Virus record (IMG/VR): IMGVR_UViG_3300013901_000005 | Span: 1 to 64,000 of that record | Length of the DNA: 64,000 nucleotides | Direction: 5' to 3' (one strand) | DNA from: a virus | Lineage: Duplodnaviria; Caudoviricetes | Shown here: positions 37,087-47,125 of the stretch, in pieces | How the letters are laid out: the number at the start of each line of letters is the position of its first letter | Position numbering within the stretch: position 1 is the first letter of the stretch | Notes under the pieces: model-generated | The model's database searches: none | Seen by the model: the letters and a program-made list of their open reading frames with translations, nothing else | Told to the model about the DNA's origin: nothing | Made by a program: the position numbers and the translations under genes

Positions 37087-37120
37087 GATTTAATATTATT
37101 TAATTAAATGTTTTATGTAA

Positions 37121-38143
37121 ATGGCAGAGAATTTAGTAGATGATATCGATGACGATTTGGATGGAGTCGAATCACCGTAGGATTCAAAGGATGACACAAC
37201 CACAACAACAGATACGACTCCGGAAGATAATTCTGGAGAACAAACAGATTTCATAAGTCAGTTGCTGAAAGATCGTGGAATTGAGGATAAGTCTCAGATT
37301 CAGTTTGAGGAAGACGGGGTTATAAAGAATGTTAATTGGGATGACCTTACGGATTAGGACAAACTGAATATTATCAGAACTTCCAGTCCAGTGCAAAAAA
37401 GCAATTCCGATGATCTCGATCAGGCGGAATTAAGTCTGATTAATCATATTAGGGAAAGTGGTATGTCGCCAAGTGAGTATATTGACTATGCTACCGCACA
37501 GGCGATAAGTAATTACCAGAATGATAATTCGGTACCACAGTATTCCATTGATCAGTATGATGATGATTCGTTGTATATCGCAGATTTTATGAGTCGTATA
37601 CAGGGATCTACAGAGGAAGAGGCTAGAGAGGCATTGGAACAAGCTAAAAGTAATGAGGACTTATGGAAAAGACAGATTGAGTCTATCAGAAATCAGTATA
37701 AGACGATTGAGGACGAGACACGTATGCAACAGCAATCAGAACAAGATGCAATAGCACAGGAACGTTTCAATCAGTTTTCTGATCAGGTAGTAAATGAGAT
37801 TAATGGACTGAAGACATATTCCGGATACGATCTGAATCTTCAGGATGATGACATGCAGGAGATTTATGATTTTATCACCAGTACGGATGCTGCCGGTAAC
37901 AACTATTTTGCAAAGGCATTGGCAGATCCGAAGATTTTGGTTAGAACAGCCTGGCTTACTCTTCATGGCGAGGATATGCTGGATGATATTACAGACTATT
38001 ATCAGAAAGCCATAACGAAGGCAAGACAGGAAGGATATGAGAAAGGTCTTAAAGATAACGGAAATAGAAAACCAGATGTAGTGTATCAGCCCAAGCACGC
38101 CGCCAAAGGAGCGGAAATTTATGATGACTTGGATGATTTTTAA
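37121..38143 (+). CDS. Acidic protein preceding the major capsid gene, putative scaffold
   Basis: Very acidic N-terminus, coiled coil, two TAGs; in frame with ORF 37391; immediately upstream of MCP. Confidence 0.7.
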
Positions 38144-38168
38144 TCTAAACTAAATTTTTATAATTAAT

Positions 38169-41100
38169 ATGTTAGTTGCTAGTTTTACATCAAGAATCCC
38201 TACAATGGGTGAAGTTGTTTGCCCATTTAAAATTCTGTGGATTGCTGGGAACCCTCCGATATACTAACATATTTTATTTGGGTAATCAGCAGCCTAGTAT
38301 TTTTAAATAAAGGTTCAACGACTACTAAGCGCAGAATAATATAATGATATAGTCTGATCTTATAAAATGGTAAATTATAAGTTAACAAAATGCAAACTAA
38401 GACATATGAGGATTGGTCAAAGTATCTCGGTGCTCGTCCGAAGCGCCTGGGTGTTGTAGCCCGTATGTACACTGATAACACTTTGAGTTATCTTACCGAT
38501 GGTTTGCGTAATATTTTCTATAAGGATGAGAAGGCAAATACCTTCCAGATTTCTGATTCACTTCTTTTTGAGTGGCAGACAGAGGTAAATAATATTAAGC
38601 ATGTTGAGTTTGCTGACCGCCCGTCTACCGATGGCGCAAATGGTTCGGAAATCACAATGGCATTTGTCGAGAACTATTATAATAAGTTTGATATCTTCCG
38701 TATTGACGGAAGCCGTCAGCAGTGTATCGTAGTTTCTCATCCTATTCGCAAGCGTGATAAATATTTCCAATAATTGTCTCGCTTTAAATAAATTCTTTAA
38801 ATTGCTGGAAAGCATTTATTGTAACCAGCAGCGTGATTGTTGTAACAATAGCGTTCAACGACTAGATGAAAATCATAAATTAATTTTAAAAACTGAATTA
38901 CAAATGAAATATATAGTATTTTTAACAACCGGTCTGAAAACAAATAGAAATCTTGTAGGAGTGCATAAGACAAATACACCTGATATTTTTGATGGATATT
39001 TAGGAGATGGAGTTGAGGCAGACAAAGCCAGTTCATTTATGTATCCGAAATCAGCATTTCAGTATGACGTTAAGATGACCGGAAGTAAGAGTTACCGTAG
39101 AATAACCATTGCAACCTGCGATACATATAAGGAAGCCTGTGCTAAGGCAAATAAGATTATCGACAATATTATAGATGATACATCATATTATAATTTTGAA
39201 AGAATTGATTCCCGTACAGTATATCAGTATGATCTTGTTGGAAAGTTAAAGAGAAAATGGAATTTTATGGAAATTGCAGATTTCTATAATTATCCGCAGG
39301 AAAGAATTAAGTGCTTTATTGATTTAAAAGTATCTTTTTCCGATTCTTTTTGGTCTTTTGATAAGTATATTGATATTAATGAATATAATGATAATTTTAT
39401 AAATCATGTTACATATATTTATAATAAGAACGGGAAACTGATAAAGGTTTACAGCAATTATGATGATGCGATAAAGTTTTTAAATTGTCCGGTAAAACAG
39501 GCGCTGGATGCGATAAAGACACAGAGAGACATAAACGGATATTATATTTCCAATAAACTATACAGCCTTTTTGAACCGAAACCAAGGAGACAGAATAAGT
39601 CACAGATATTCCACGTTTATAAGGATACCGGGGAATATCTCGGAGCGTATAAAGGAAAGACCGTAATGAAGGTTATCAATCAACATTCATGGAAAAAGAT
39701 CTCGAATACTTTCAACCTATATGGTGGGTGGTATAAGGACTTTTATCTTTCACTGGTTACTGTGGATAAAATCCCAGAAAGGCCATGGAAAAAGAAGGTA
39801 GAGGTTTACGACAAGGATGGAAAGCTAATTGAGACTGTTTATAATCTAAATATACTTGGATCAAAATATAAAGTTCCTAAAAACAAAATTGTCGATATTC
39901 AGCAGGGAAATAAATATTATGGTGATTATATATTTAAATACTATAGTAAATGATATAGTCTAAATGAATTATTGGGAGCTCCAGGTACGTCTCATAGATA
40001 ATACCTATGATACTACCTTGGATCTCAATTATTGTAATCCGGGTGATACTACCACTTTCCAATCGGTAGCACAACCTGAATTAAGCGAGGAAGGCGAAGT
40101 AGTTGAAAATGAGTTACTTTCCTCCGTTAATATTAATATTTAACGAAAAATTAAATAAATATTCTTAATTGCTGGAAGGCTGAATTATGCTAATCAGCAG
40201 CGATTCTCTAAATAATAAACAAAGAGAACGTTCAACGACTAATCCAAATGGATGTAGGGGAGGTAACCCCGAAATGGAATAAATCTAAAATTTGAATACT
40301 GCGTCAAGGCAGGATATAAAAACGCAAAACAAGTCACCTTGGGCAAACGAAACGTTTGTAAAGGTTTTGTATTTAAATATTTAGATTAAGATATAGTCTG
40401 AACAATATGGAAACATATTGATTAACACAAATTGTACTCAAAGTTCCAGTCCAATATGGAACTTCATCGCAACTATATGACAACCTTCCGTTGTGACGCA
40501 AGCTGGTCTAGCCTCTACGCACTTCAGGAAGATGTATTTATGCGTATTGCTGACGATACGGATAAATCAAAGGGCGAAGGTGTTTACAAGATGTTGAAGA
40601 AGGAGAAGGAACTCCTCGATACATTTATGTACGCCATGAATACAGGGTTGAGAATAACAGCTCTGTCTAAATTCTTCTAATTGCTGGGAAAACCATTTAA
40701 TGGTTTATCAGCAGCTAAGATATTTAAATTAGTGGGAAACAATTTTTATATAATGTTCAACGACTATCCGAGTAAGGGTAGGTATTTAAAATACCAAAAT
40801 GGAGAATAATTTAAAATATATTGTATATCAAACAATAAATATAGTAAATAATAAAATATATATTGGAATCCACGGAACAAAAGATCCAATGAGATTTGAT
40901 GGATATATAGGAAATGGCGTTAATATAAATTATCCATCAACTTATATGAATCCAAAATTTCCATTTCAATTTGCAGTAAAAAAATATGGAACTTCAAATT
41001 TCAAAAGAAGTGTATTGTATATATATAATACAGAAATTGAAGCTCTTTTAAAAGAAGAGGAAATTGTAAATGAAGATTTTATAAAAAGGAACGACACATA

Positions 41101-44100
41101 TAATATTGCGATTGGCGGCAAAAAACGGCCATACGTTCCTATATACAATAAAATATATCAATTTAATGAAAACGGCAAATTATTAAAAGTATGGAATAAT
41201 ATTTATGAGATTTCTGATTTTTTTGAAACGTGGAAGCAATCAATTTATAGTGCAATTAATAATAAACAAAGATTGTATGGTTTTTATTGGAGTTATCAAA
41301 AAGAAATATGCATAAAAGATTTTTCAAATTCAAATAAAAACAGAAAGGTTTACCAATATTCAAAAGATGGAAAATGTATTGCAATTTATAATAGTATTGG
41401 AGAAGCTAGTAAGATTCTGAATATTTCTTCATCAAATATTATAAATAATGTAAACAATGGGTCTTTAACAAAAAACGATTATTATTTGTCATACAAATTA
41501 TATGATCAATATGTTTGTAGACCAAGAATGGATTTAAAAAATAAAATATTGTATTTGTATGATTTAGACGGAAATTTCATAAATAATACAACATCAAAAG
41601 ATTTCAAAAAAAAATACAATATTCATTCATATAAAGAATTAGAAAATGCAATATTAAACAATAAACCAATTCAAAAAAACCAAATAAAATTAGAAAAGTT
41701 TAATAAAATAGAAAAATATATTCCAATTAATAAAAAGAAAAAAGTTGAGATTTATAAAACAAATAGAGATTTTGTCGCAGAATTTGACAGTGTATCAAAT
41801 GCATGTAGACAATTAAAATTAGACCGCTCAACAATTTCAAAAATATTAAGAGGATGTGCCAAACGAACAAAAGGATATACAATTAAATATAAAAATTAAA
41901 GATATAGTCTACTCTTTATAGTAATATAAAGTATTTAAGTGTTATTAAATAAAGGAAATGTGGATTAATTAATAGTTCACAAAAAATTTCTCTAATTGCT
42001 GGAAAACCTTTAGTGAGACAACCAGCAGCTAAAAATGAAAATCATTTTGGGTTCAACGACTAATTGAAAAATAATAATAAATAAAAAGGGAAATAAATTA
42101 TGGAATATATAGTTTACAAAACAATAAATAAAATTAATAATAAATTTTATATAGGAGTTCACAAAACTGAAAATTCTAAAATATTTGATGGATATATAGG
42201 ATGTGGAATATATATTAATAAAGCAAAATATATCAAATCGCCAAATACATATTTTTTAAAAGCAATTAAAAAGTATGGTACTGATAATTTTTATAGAGTA
42301 GTTTTAAAATCTTTTAATAATTATAATGATGCTCTAGATCTGGAAAGATGGCTAGTTACTGAAAAGTTTATTAAAGATAATAATAATTATAATTCTGCTA
42401 TTGGTGGAGGGTTGTCTCCAAAAAATAATAAAGAAATATATCAATATGACTTAAATGGTAAATTAATTAAAAAGTGGAACTCTATGGTTGATATTAATAA
42501 TGCATTTAAAACCCATATTCAAATGAGTTATATTATTAATAATAGAAGAAGTTTTGCCGGATTTCTTTGGTCATTTAATAAGAATATAAATATTGATGAG
42601 TATATTTTGCATAATAATAGAGGGTTTATATCTCAATATGATTCTAAATTTAATTTTATCAGAAAATTTAAATCTTCTAAAGAAGCATCTAAAATTTTAA
42701 ACATACCCTTAGGATCAATAATTTCTAGTGTTTTTAGAAGAAAAAAAATAGACGGTTTTTATTTTTTAAAAGCTGATTTTGATATTGACGAACTTTTTAA
42801 AGATGAAATAAATTATGTTTATCGACAAACAAAAATATTTCAATATAATGATGATGGGGACTTTATAAATGTATATAAATCGATTTTAAATTGTTCAAAA
42901 GAATTAAATTTATCCTATAATAAAATAAAAGAAATTATTAATAAAAAGGAAAAGTTTAATAATTATTATTTATCATATAGATATGATACATCATATTTTA
43001 ATATAAAATTTCCAAATAAAAAAGTAATAATAAAAGTTTTGCAATATGATAAAAATAATCGGTTTATTAAAGAATGGGATGATATTAAACAATTATTAAA
43101 AGAATACCCAGAAGCACTAAAAGTTTGTAGAAACAAATTAAAGACACATAAAAATTATATATTCAAATATAAAATAATTTAAAGATATAGTCTGATCTTT
43201 GCAGTAATGTAAAGTTAACATAAATGGTTAATGGCAAGGCAACAATCGTAGAGCCTGATACTCAGAGACCTATAAAAATATATGTAGGGGTAATCAGTGA
43301 TGATTATTATAAAATCTTTTGAATTGCTGGAAATCCAAATGGATAATCAGCAGCTATATTGATATATCAGTAAAGTTCAGAGACTATCCGGTTATGGAAT
43401 ACATAAAATATGGAAGCAAAAGATAACTCATAAAAATTAAATAAAGTAATTTATGAAATATATAGTATATTGTACAATAAATTTAATTAATAATAAAATT
43501 TATATTGGAGTTCACAAAATTGATCCCAAACAAGTTAATGATTATTATTTAGGTTGTGGATGTTTTAGCAATAGTCCAAAATCGTATAATAAAAGAAATA
43601 CTGCTTTTTGCTGTGCAGTCTCAAAATATGGGCCATCAAATTTTAAAAGGGAGACAATTAAAGAATTTGACACATTAGAAGAGGCGCTTGAACTAGAAAA
43701 AGAAATTGTTAATAAAACATTCCTAAAAAGAAAAGATATTTATAACCAAATAGAAGGTGGTGGTTATCCACCAACTTTAGAAAAAAAAGTGTATCAATAT
43801 AATTTAAATGGATACTTTATGATGGAATGGAAATCTATAAAATCTATTACTAATTATTTTAATATAAATAAAGATAGAATAAATATGGTTATAAAATCAA
43901 AACGATCTTTTAATGCTTGTTATTGGTCATATAAATACGTAATACGCTTAGATACCTCTAATTATCGACCGAGTTCAAGAGGCAGTATAAGAGTCTTTTC
44001 TAAAGATAAAAAATTATTATATAATTTTGAGAATACAACAAAAGCAGCAGAATTTTTAAATATTAGACGAGAAAAAATAACAAATGCTATATATGGTAAA

Positions 44101-46141
44101 TATGCAACAAATAATTATTATTTTTTAAAAGAAGACGAAGATATTGAAACATATTTAAGTAAAAATAATAAAAATCAACATATATTTCAATATGATGAAA
44201 ATGGAAGTTTATTAAACGAATATAACAATGTTGCAGAAATAAGAAAAAATATAAATATAATAAAAATGATTTAAAAAGAGCAGTTAAAAATAATAGTTTA
44301 TTAAATGGTTTTTATTGGTCTTATTTTAAATGTAATAACATATTAAATAATGAGTTAATGATATAGTCCGACACTACTAGTAATAGTAGATAACAGAGAA
44401 TGATATATAGGCGAGGGAGCAATCCCTCAGATTGAGGCCGCAGCCAACAAATACGTTTATAATGACAAGCCCAGTCTGCCGTTGTTCAATATGATTATGG
44501 CAGATATGTCAGACAAGTGTCAGAGCGATACAGGCAATCACTACGCTTTTGTGGTGAATCGAATTCTTTGGAATGATATTAACCTCGTTCTTGGTGAGTT
44601 CCTTTCACACTATCGCACTGATGGTTCATTTATGTACTCAAAGTCAGCTAACCAGGGCAAGGGTGGTTACGTAAAAGTAGGTGCCACATATGATACATAT
44701 GAGTTCGCTAGTTAATGCCGGCGAATAAAAATTTATTAAATTGCTGGAAAATTATATAAAAATATAAACTATAACATAATTGGAAACAGTATGTGTGAAT
44801 GTTTAAAAATTATATTTTATAATAACCAGCAGCAAACTTCCTAAACAATAAAATTGCATGGAAGCTGTTCAACGACTATTTTAACAAAATAAGAAATATC
44901 TAAAAGAATAAACGTTATGAATTTAAAATATATATTATACATTACAATTAATACTATTAATGGAAAGTTTTATATTGGTGTACATAAAACAAATCCAGAA
45001 GTTTTTGATGGATATATTGGAAATGGAATATATCGTCAATCAGAAGCTGTGAAAAATACACCATTCCATAAAGCAGTAAAGAAATATGGGTATGATAATT
45101 TTAAAAGAACTATTATAAAAATTTTTCCATTTGATGAACAAGGATATACTGATGCATATAAATTAGAATCAATTTTAGTTAATGAAACTTTATTAAAAAA
45201 CAAAAATTGTTATAATTGTTCACTAGGCGGATTTGGTAGTATAAATAATGATAATTTAAAAAAAATTTATAAATTTGATTTAAATGGAAATTATTTAAGA
45301 AGTTTTAAGTCTGTTAGAGAAGCTGCTTTATCTATTAATCCAGAAAACATTTATAATACAATCAAATCAATAAGAAATAATTGTTTAGGTATATCAAAAA
45401 GTAGTTTTGGATATTATTGGAGCTATATAAAGCAATTTAATTATTCAAATAACAATAGCAAAAAAATATCTCAATATACTTTATCTGGAAAATTTATTAA
45501 AAACTATAATAGTATTGAAGAAGCACAATTTGATTTACATTTAAATTCAATTGCATAGGCGATTTCAAAGCATTATAATTGTGGAGGTTTTCAATGGAGA
45601 TTTTATAATGGATCTACAAAAGATATCACTCCTTTAATAAACGAACGAAATAAGAATAAAATATTACCAATATTAATGATAGATATAAAAACTGGAAATA
45701 CAAAAAAATATAGTAGTATTCAAGAATGTGTAATAAAAAATCCTCAATTAAGAAAAACTCAAATAAACAGAGTTATAAAAAAAATAATTAAGTCACATAA
45801 AGGATTTTATTTTAAATATGATAACGATAATATAGTCTAAATTGGGCAACTCTATAACCTTTATGGTTGATAGAGCACTCACTCGCGAATATCCTACAAA
45901 GGGATATGGTGTATGTATCGACTTGACCGCTGACAAGACAACTGGTATGCCAGCTATTGGCAAATTTAGTCTTACCGGAAAAGACTTTATGACAAATAAG
46001 GTCATTGGTGTAGGCGGTTATGACGGAAAAACCTCTGGTGAGGTAGCCAGCAATGTGGCTGGCAGTAAGCTGATAATGAGTGGGTATGCAGGTATTGCAT
46101 GCTTTGCTCCGTATCGTTCAGTTATTTTGCGTCAGGCTTAA
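38169..46141 (+). CDS. Major capsid protein, 475 aa, spliced from 8 exons: 38169-38210, 38393-38758, 39967-40095, 40435-40648, 41940-41965, 43227-43273, 44403-44709, 45845-46141
   Basis: Exons total 1428 nt and give one open frame: MLVASFTSRIPTMG|QTKTYEDW..RKRD|NYWELQ..ELSEEG|YSKFQSN..NTGL|LLNKGNVD|VNGKATI..RPI|YIGEGAIPQ..YEFA|GNSITF..ILRQA. Resembles crAss-like MCP and follows the scaffold gene. Confidence 0.88.
38211..38392 (+). mobile_element. MCP group I intron 1 (182 nt, no ORF)
   Basis: P1 AATGGGT/GCCCATT; core ATTGCTGGGA, AATCAGCAG, GTTCAACGACTA, GATATAGTCT; terminal G. Confidence 0.9.
38759..39966 (+). mobile_element. MCP group I intron 2
   Basis: P1 AGCGTGAT/GTCTCGCT; P10 CCAATAATT/AATTATTGG; full core motifs. 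Confidence 0.9.
38904..39953 (+). CDS. Intron 2 GIY-YIG/NUMOD-family protein with degenerate active-site motifs (349 aa)
   Basis: MKYIVFLTTGLKTNRNLVGVHKT..FDGYLGDG; VYQYDLVGKL-type NUMOD1 repeats. Confidence 0.75.
   Translation: MKYIVFLTTGLKTNRNLVGVHKTNTPDIFDGYLGDGVEADKASSFMYPKSAFQYDVKMTGSKSYRRITIATCDTYKEACAKANKIIDNIIDDTSYYNFERIDSRTVYQYDLVGKLKRKWNFMEIADFYNYPQERIKCFIDLKVSFSDSFWSFDKYIDINEYNDNFINHVTYIYNKNGKLIKVYSNYDDAIKFLNCPVKQALDAIKTQRDINGYYISNKLYSLFEPKPRRQNKSQIFHVYKDTGEYLGAYKGKTVMKVINQHSWKKISNTFNLYGGWYKDFYLSLVTVDKIPERPWKKKVEVYDKDGKLIETVYNLNILGSKYKVPKNKIVDIQQGNKYYGDYIFKYYSK
40096..40434 (+). mobile_element. MCP group I intron 3 (339 nt, endonuclease remnant)
   Basis: Core motifs present; P1 GAGGAAGGC/ACTTTCCTC; residual ..LGKRNVCKGFVFKYLD* before GATATAGTCT. 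Confidence 0.85.
40649..41939 (+). mobile_element. MCP group I intron 4
   Basis: P1 ACAGGGT/GCTCTGT; P10 AATAACA/TGTTATT; core motifs. Confidence 0.9.
40799..41899 (+). CDS. Intron 4 GIY-YIG homing endonuclease with NUMOD1 repeats
   Basis: YIVYQTINIVNNKIYIGIH..FDGYIGNG..KEEEIV..YN; VYQYSKDGK repeats. Confidence 0.85.
   Translation: MENNLKYIVYQTINIVNNKIYIGIHGTKDPMRFDGYIGNGVNINYPSTYMNPKFPFQFAVKKYGTSNFKRSVLYIYNTEIEALLKEEEIVNEDFIKRNDTYNIAIGGKKRPYVPIYNKIYQFNENGKLLKVWNNIYEISDFFETWKQSIYSAINNKQRLYGFYWSYQKEICIKDFSNSNKNRKVYQYSKDGKCIAIYNSIGEASKILNISSSNIINNVNNGSLTKNDYYLSYKLYDQYVCRPRMDLKNKILYLYDLDGNFINNTTSKDFKKKYNIHSYKELENAILNNKPIQKNQIKLEKFNKIEKYIPINKKKKVEIYKTNRDFVAEFDSVSNACRQLKLDRSTISKILRGCAKRTKGYTIKYKN
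41966..43226 (+). mobile_element. MCP group I intron 5
   Basis: P1 TGTGGAT/GTTCACA; core motifs; terminal G. Confidence 0.9.
42100..43182 (+). CDS. Intron 5 GIY-YIG homing endonuclease with NUMOD1 repeats
   Basis: YIVYKTINKINNKFYIGVH..DGYIGCG..LERWLV..YN. Confidence 0.85.
   Translation: MEYIVYKTINKINNKFYIGVHKTENSKIFDGYIGCGIYINKAKYIKSPNTYFLKAIKKYGTDNFYRVVLKSFNNYNDALDLERWLVTEKFIKDNNNYNSAIGGGLSPKNNKEIYQYDLNGKLIKKWNSMVDINNAFKTHIQMSYIINNRRSFAGFLWSFNKNINIDEYILHNNRGFISQYDSKFNFIRKFKSSKEASKILNIPLGSIISSVFRRKKIDGFYFLKADFDIDELFKDEINYVYRQTKIFQYNDDGDFINVYKSILNCSKELNLSYNKIKEIINKKEKFNNYYLSYRYDTSYFNIKFPNKKVIIKVLQYDKNNRFIKEWDDIKQLLKEYPEALKVCRNKLKTHKNYIFKYKII
43274..44402 (+). mobile_element. MCP group I intron 6
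   Basis: P1 CCTAT/GTAGG; P10 ATATAT; core AATTGCTGGAA, AATCAGCAG, GTTCAGAGACTA, GATATAGTCC. Confidence 0.9.
43453..44274 (+). CDS. Intron 6 GIY-YIG homing endonuclease; last NUMOD repeat frameshifted near 44244-44249
   Basis: YIVYCTINLINNKIYIGVH..; the -1 frame continues KYKYNKNDLKRAVKNNSLLNGFYWSY. Confidence 0.8.
   Translation: MKYIVYCTINLINNKIYIGVHKIDPKQVNDYYLGCGCFSNSPKSYNKRNTAFCCAVSKYGPSNFKRETIKEFDTLEEALELEKEIVNKTFLKRKDIYNQIEGGGYPPTLEKKVYQYNLNGYFMMEWKSIKSITNYFNINKDRINMVIKSKRSFNACYWSYKYVIRLDTSNYRPSSRGSIRVFSKDKKLLYNFENTTKAAEFLNIRREKITNAIYGKYATNNYYFLKEDEDIETYLSKNNKNQHIFQYDENGSLLNEYNNVAEIRKNINIIKMI
44710..45844 (+). mobile_element. MCP group I intron 7
   Basis: P1 TTCGCT/GGCGAA; P10 TGCC/GGCA; core motifs; terminal G. 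Confidence 0.9.
44917..45840 (+). CDS. Intron 7 GIY-YIG homing endonuclease (307 aa, one TAG)
   Basis: ORF 44917..45558 reads through TAG into AISKHYNCGGFQWRF..SHKGFYFKY to TAA 45840. Confidence 0.85.
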
Positions 46142-46185
46142 TAATAACGATACAATAAATTAAAAAAATAGAAAATGAGATAAAC

Positions 46186-46218
46186 CCGGAGGAGCACAGT
46201 CTCCTCCGGTTATATTTA
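46186..46218 (+). terminator. Hairpin after MCP, probable terminator
   Basis: CCGGAGGAG-CACAGT-CTCCTCCGG followed by TTATATTT. Confidence 0.6.
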
Positions 46219-46233
46219 ATGTTAAATGTATTA

Positions 46234-47106
46234 ATGATGGTAGCAAATAAGAAAGTCACAAAAGCAGATATTGTTTTTGATGATAAAATAATAACATTAA
46301 AAAGCACATATGACAAGGCTGGAATTAAATATTTCCTACAACCTTGTAAGAACAAATATGGCTAGTTTCCACCCTGTATTAAGAAAGTGAATTCACAGGG
46401 TGATATGATTATGAGTGAGAAGGAGCGCGACGCATATTCTGAAGGTCGTGCAGTATTCTTTCCAGAAAATCATATTTTTGTAGTTCAGAGCGGAAAGACT
46501 TATAATCTTGATGATCCCTACGATAAGGCGGAATGGGAGGCAATTGAGAATTGTCCTTTGATTGCGAAGAGCCGCGATGAGAAAGACGCAAACGGAAATC
46601 TTATTATTGATGGCCCACGTTCTACGGCATTACATCCGGCAAGATATGGTGTCGCAGAATTGTATGTCGATCGTCCTGGAGTTCAGGCACAGCGCCGAGT
46701 AACTCGTAAACAACTTATCCATAAGGCAGAATCGTTTATCTATGATGATCCTAGAGGTCTTGATGGACAGATGAATATTGCCCGTATTTTGGGTAAGGAT
46801 ATGAGAAATCAGCCTATTGCTGACGTTCTTGATTATCTATTGGATGTTGCAGATAAGGATCCGCAGAGAATTATTAATATCTATTCTGATGATATTTCAA
46901 CACAATTGATGTTTCTTGATGCAAAGGAGAAGCATATTATTGTTTTGAGAAACAAGCTATATTTCTATGGAGATAATATTGTCCTCGGTGCAACTGATGA
47001 GGCAGCACTTGCCTGGTTGCGAGAACCGAAGAATCAGAAGATAGTAGAACTGATAAAGAGAGACGTATATCCTGAGTTCTATTCGGAAGATAAGAATAAA
47101 AAGTAA
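46234..47106 (+). CDS. Conserved-type head-module protein downstream of MCP
   Basis: ORF 46387 extended upstream through one TAG to ATG 46234/46237. Confidence 0.7.
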
Positions 47107-47125
47107 TAATTAAAATTATACCGCA

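Noticed and set aside
38754-38903. N-terminal extension of the 399-aa ORF
   Set aside because: It runs through the ribozyme core; ATG 38904 (MKYIV) matches the starts of the paralogs.
38241-44880. Repeated ATTGCTGG..CAGCAG..GTTCAACGACTA blocks as CRISPR or dispersed repeats
   Set aside because: They are conserved group I intron core elements, with no repeat-spacer periodicity.
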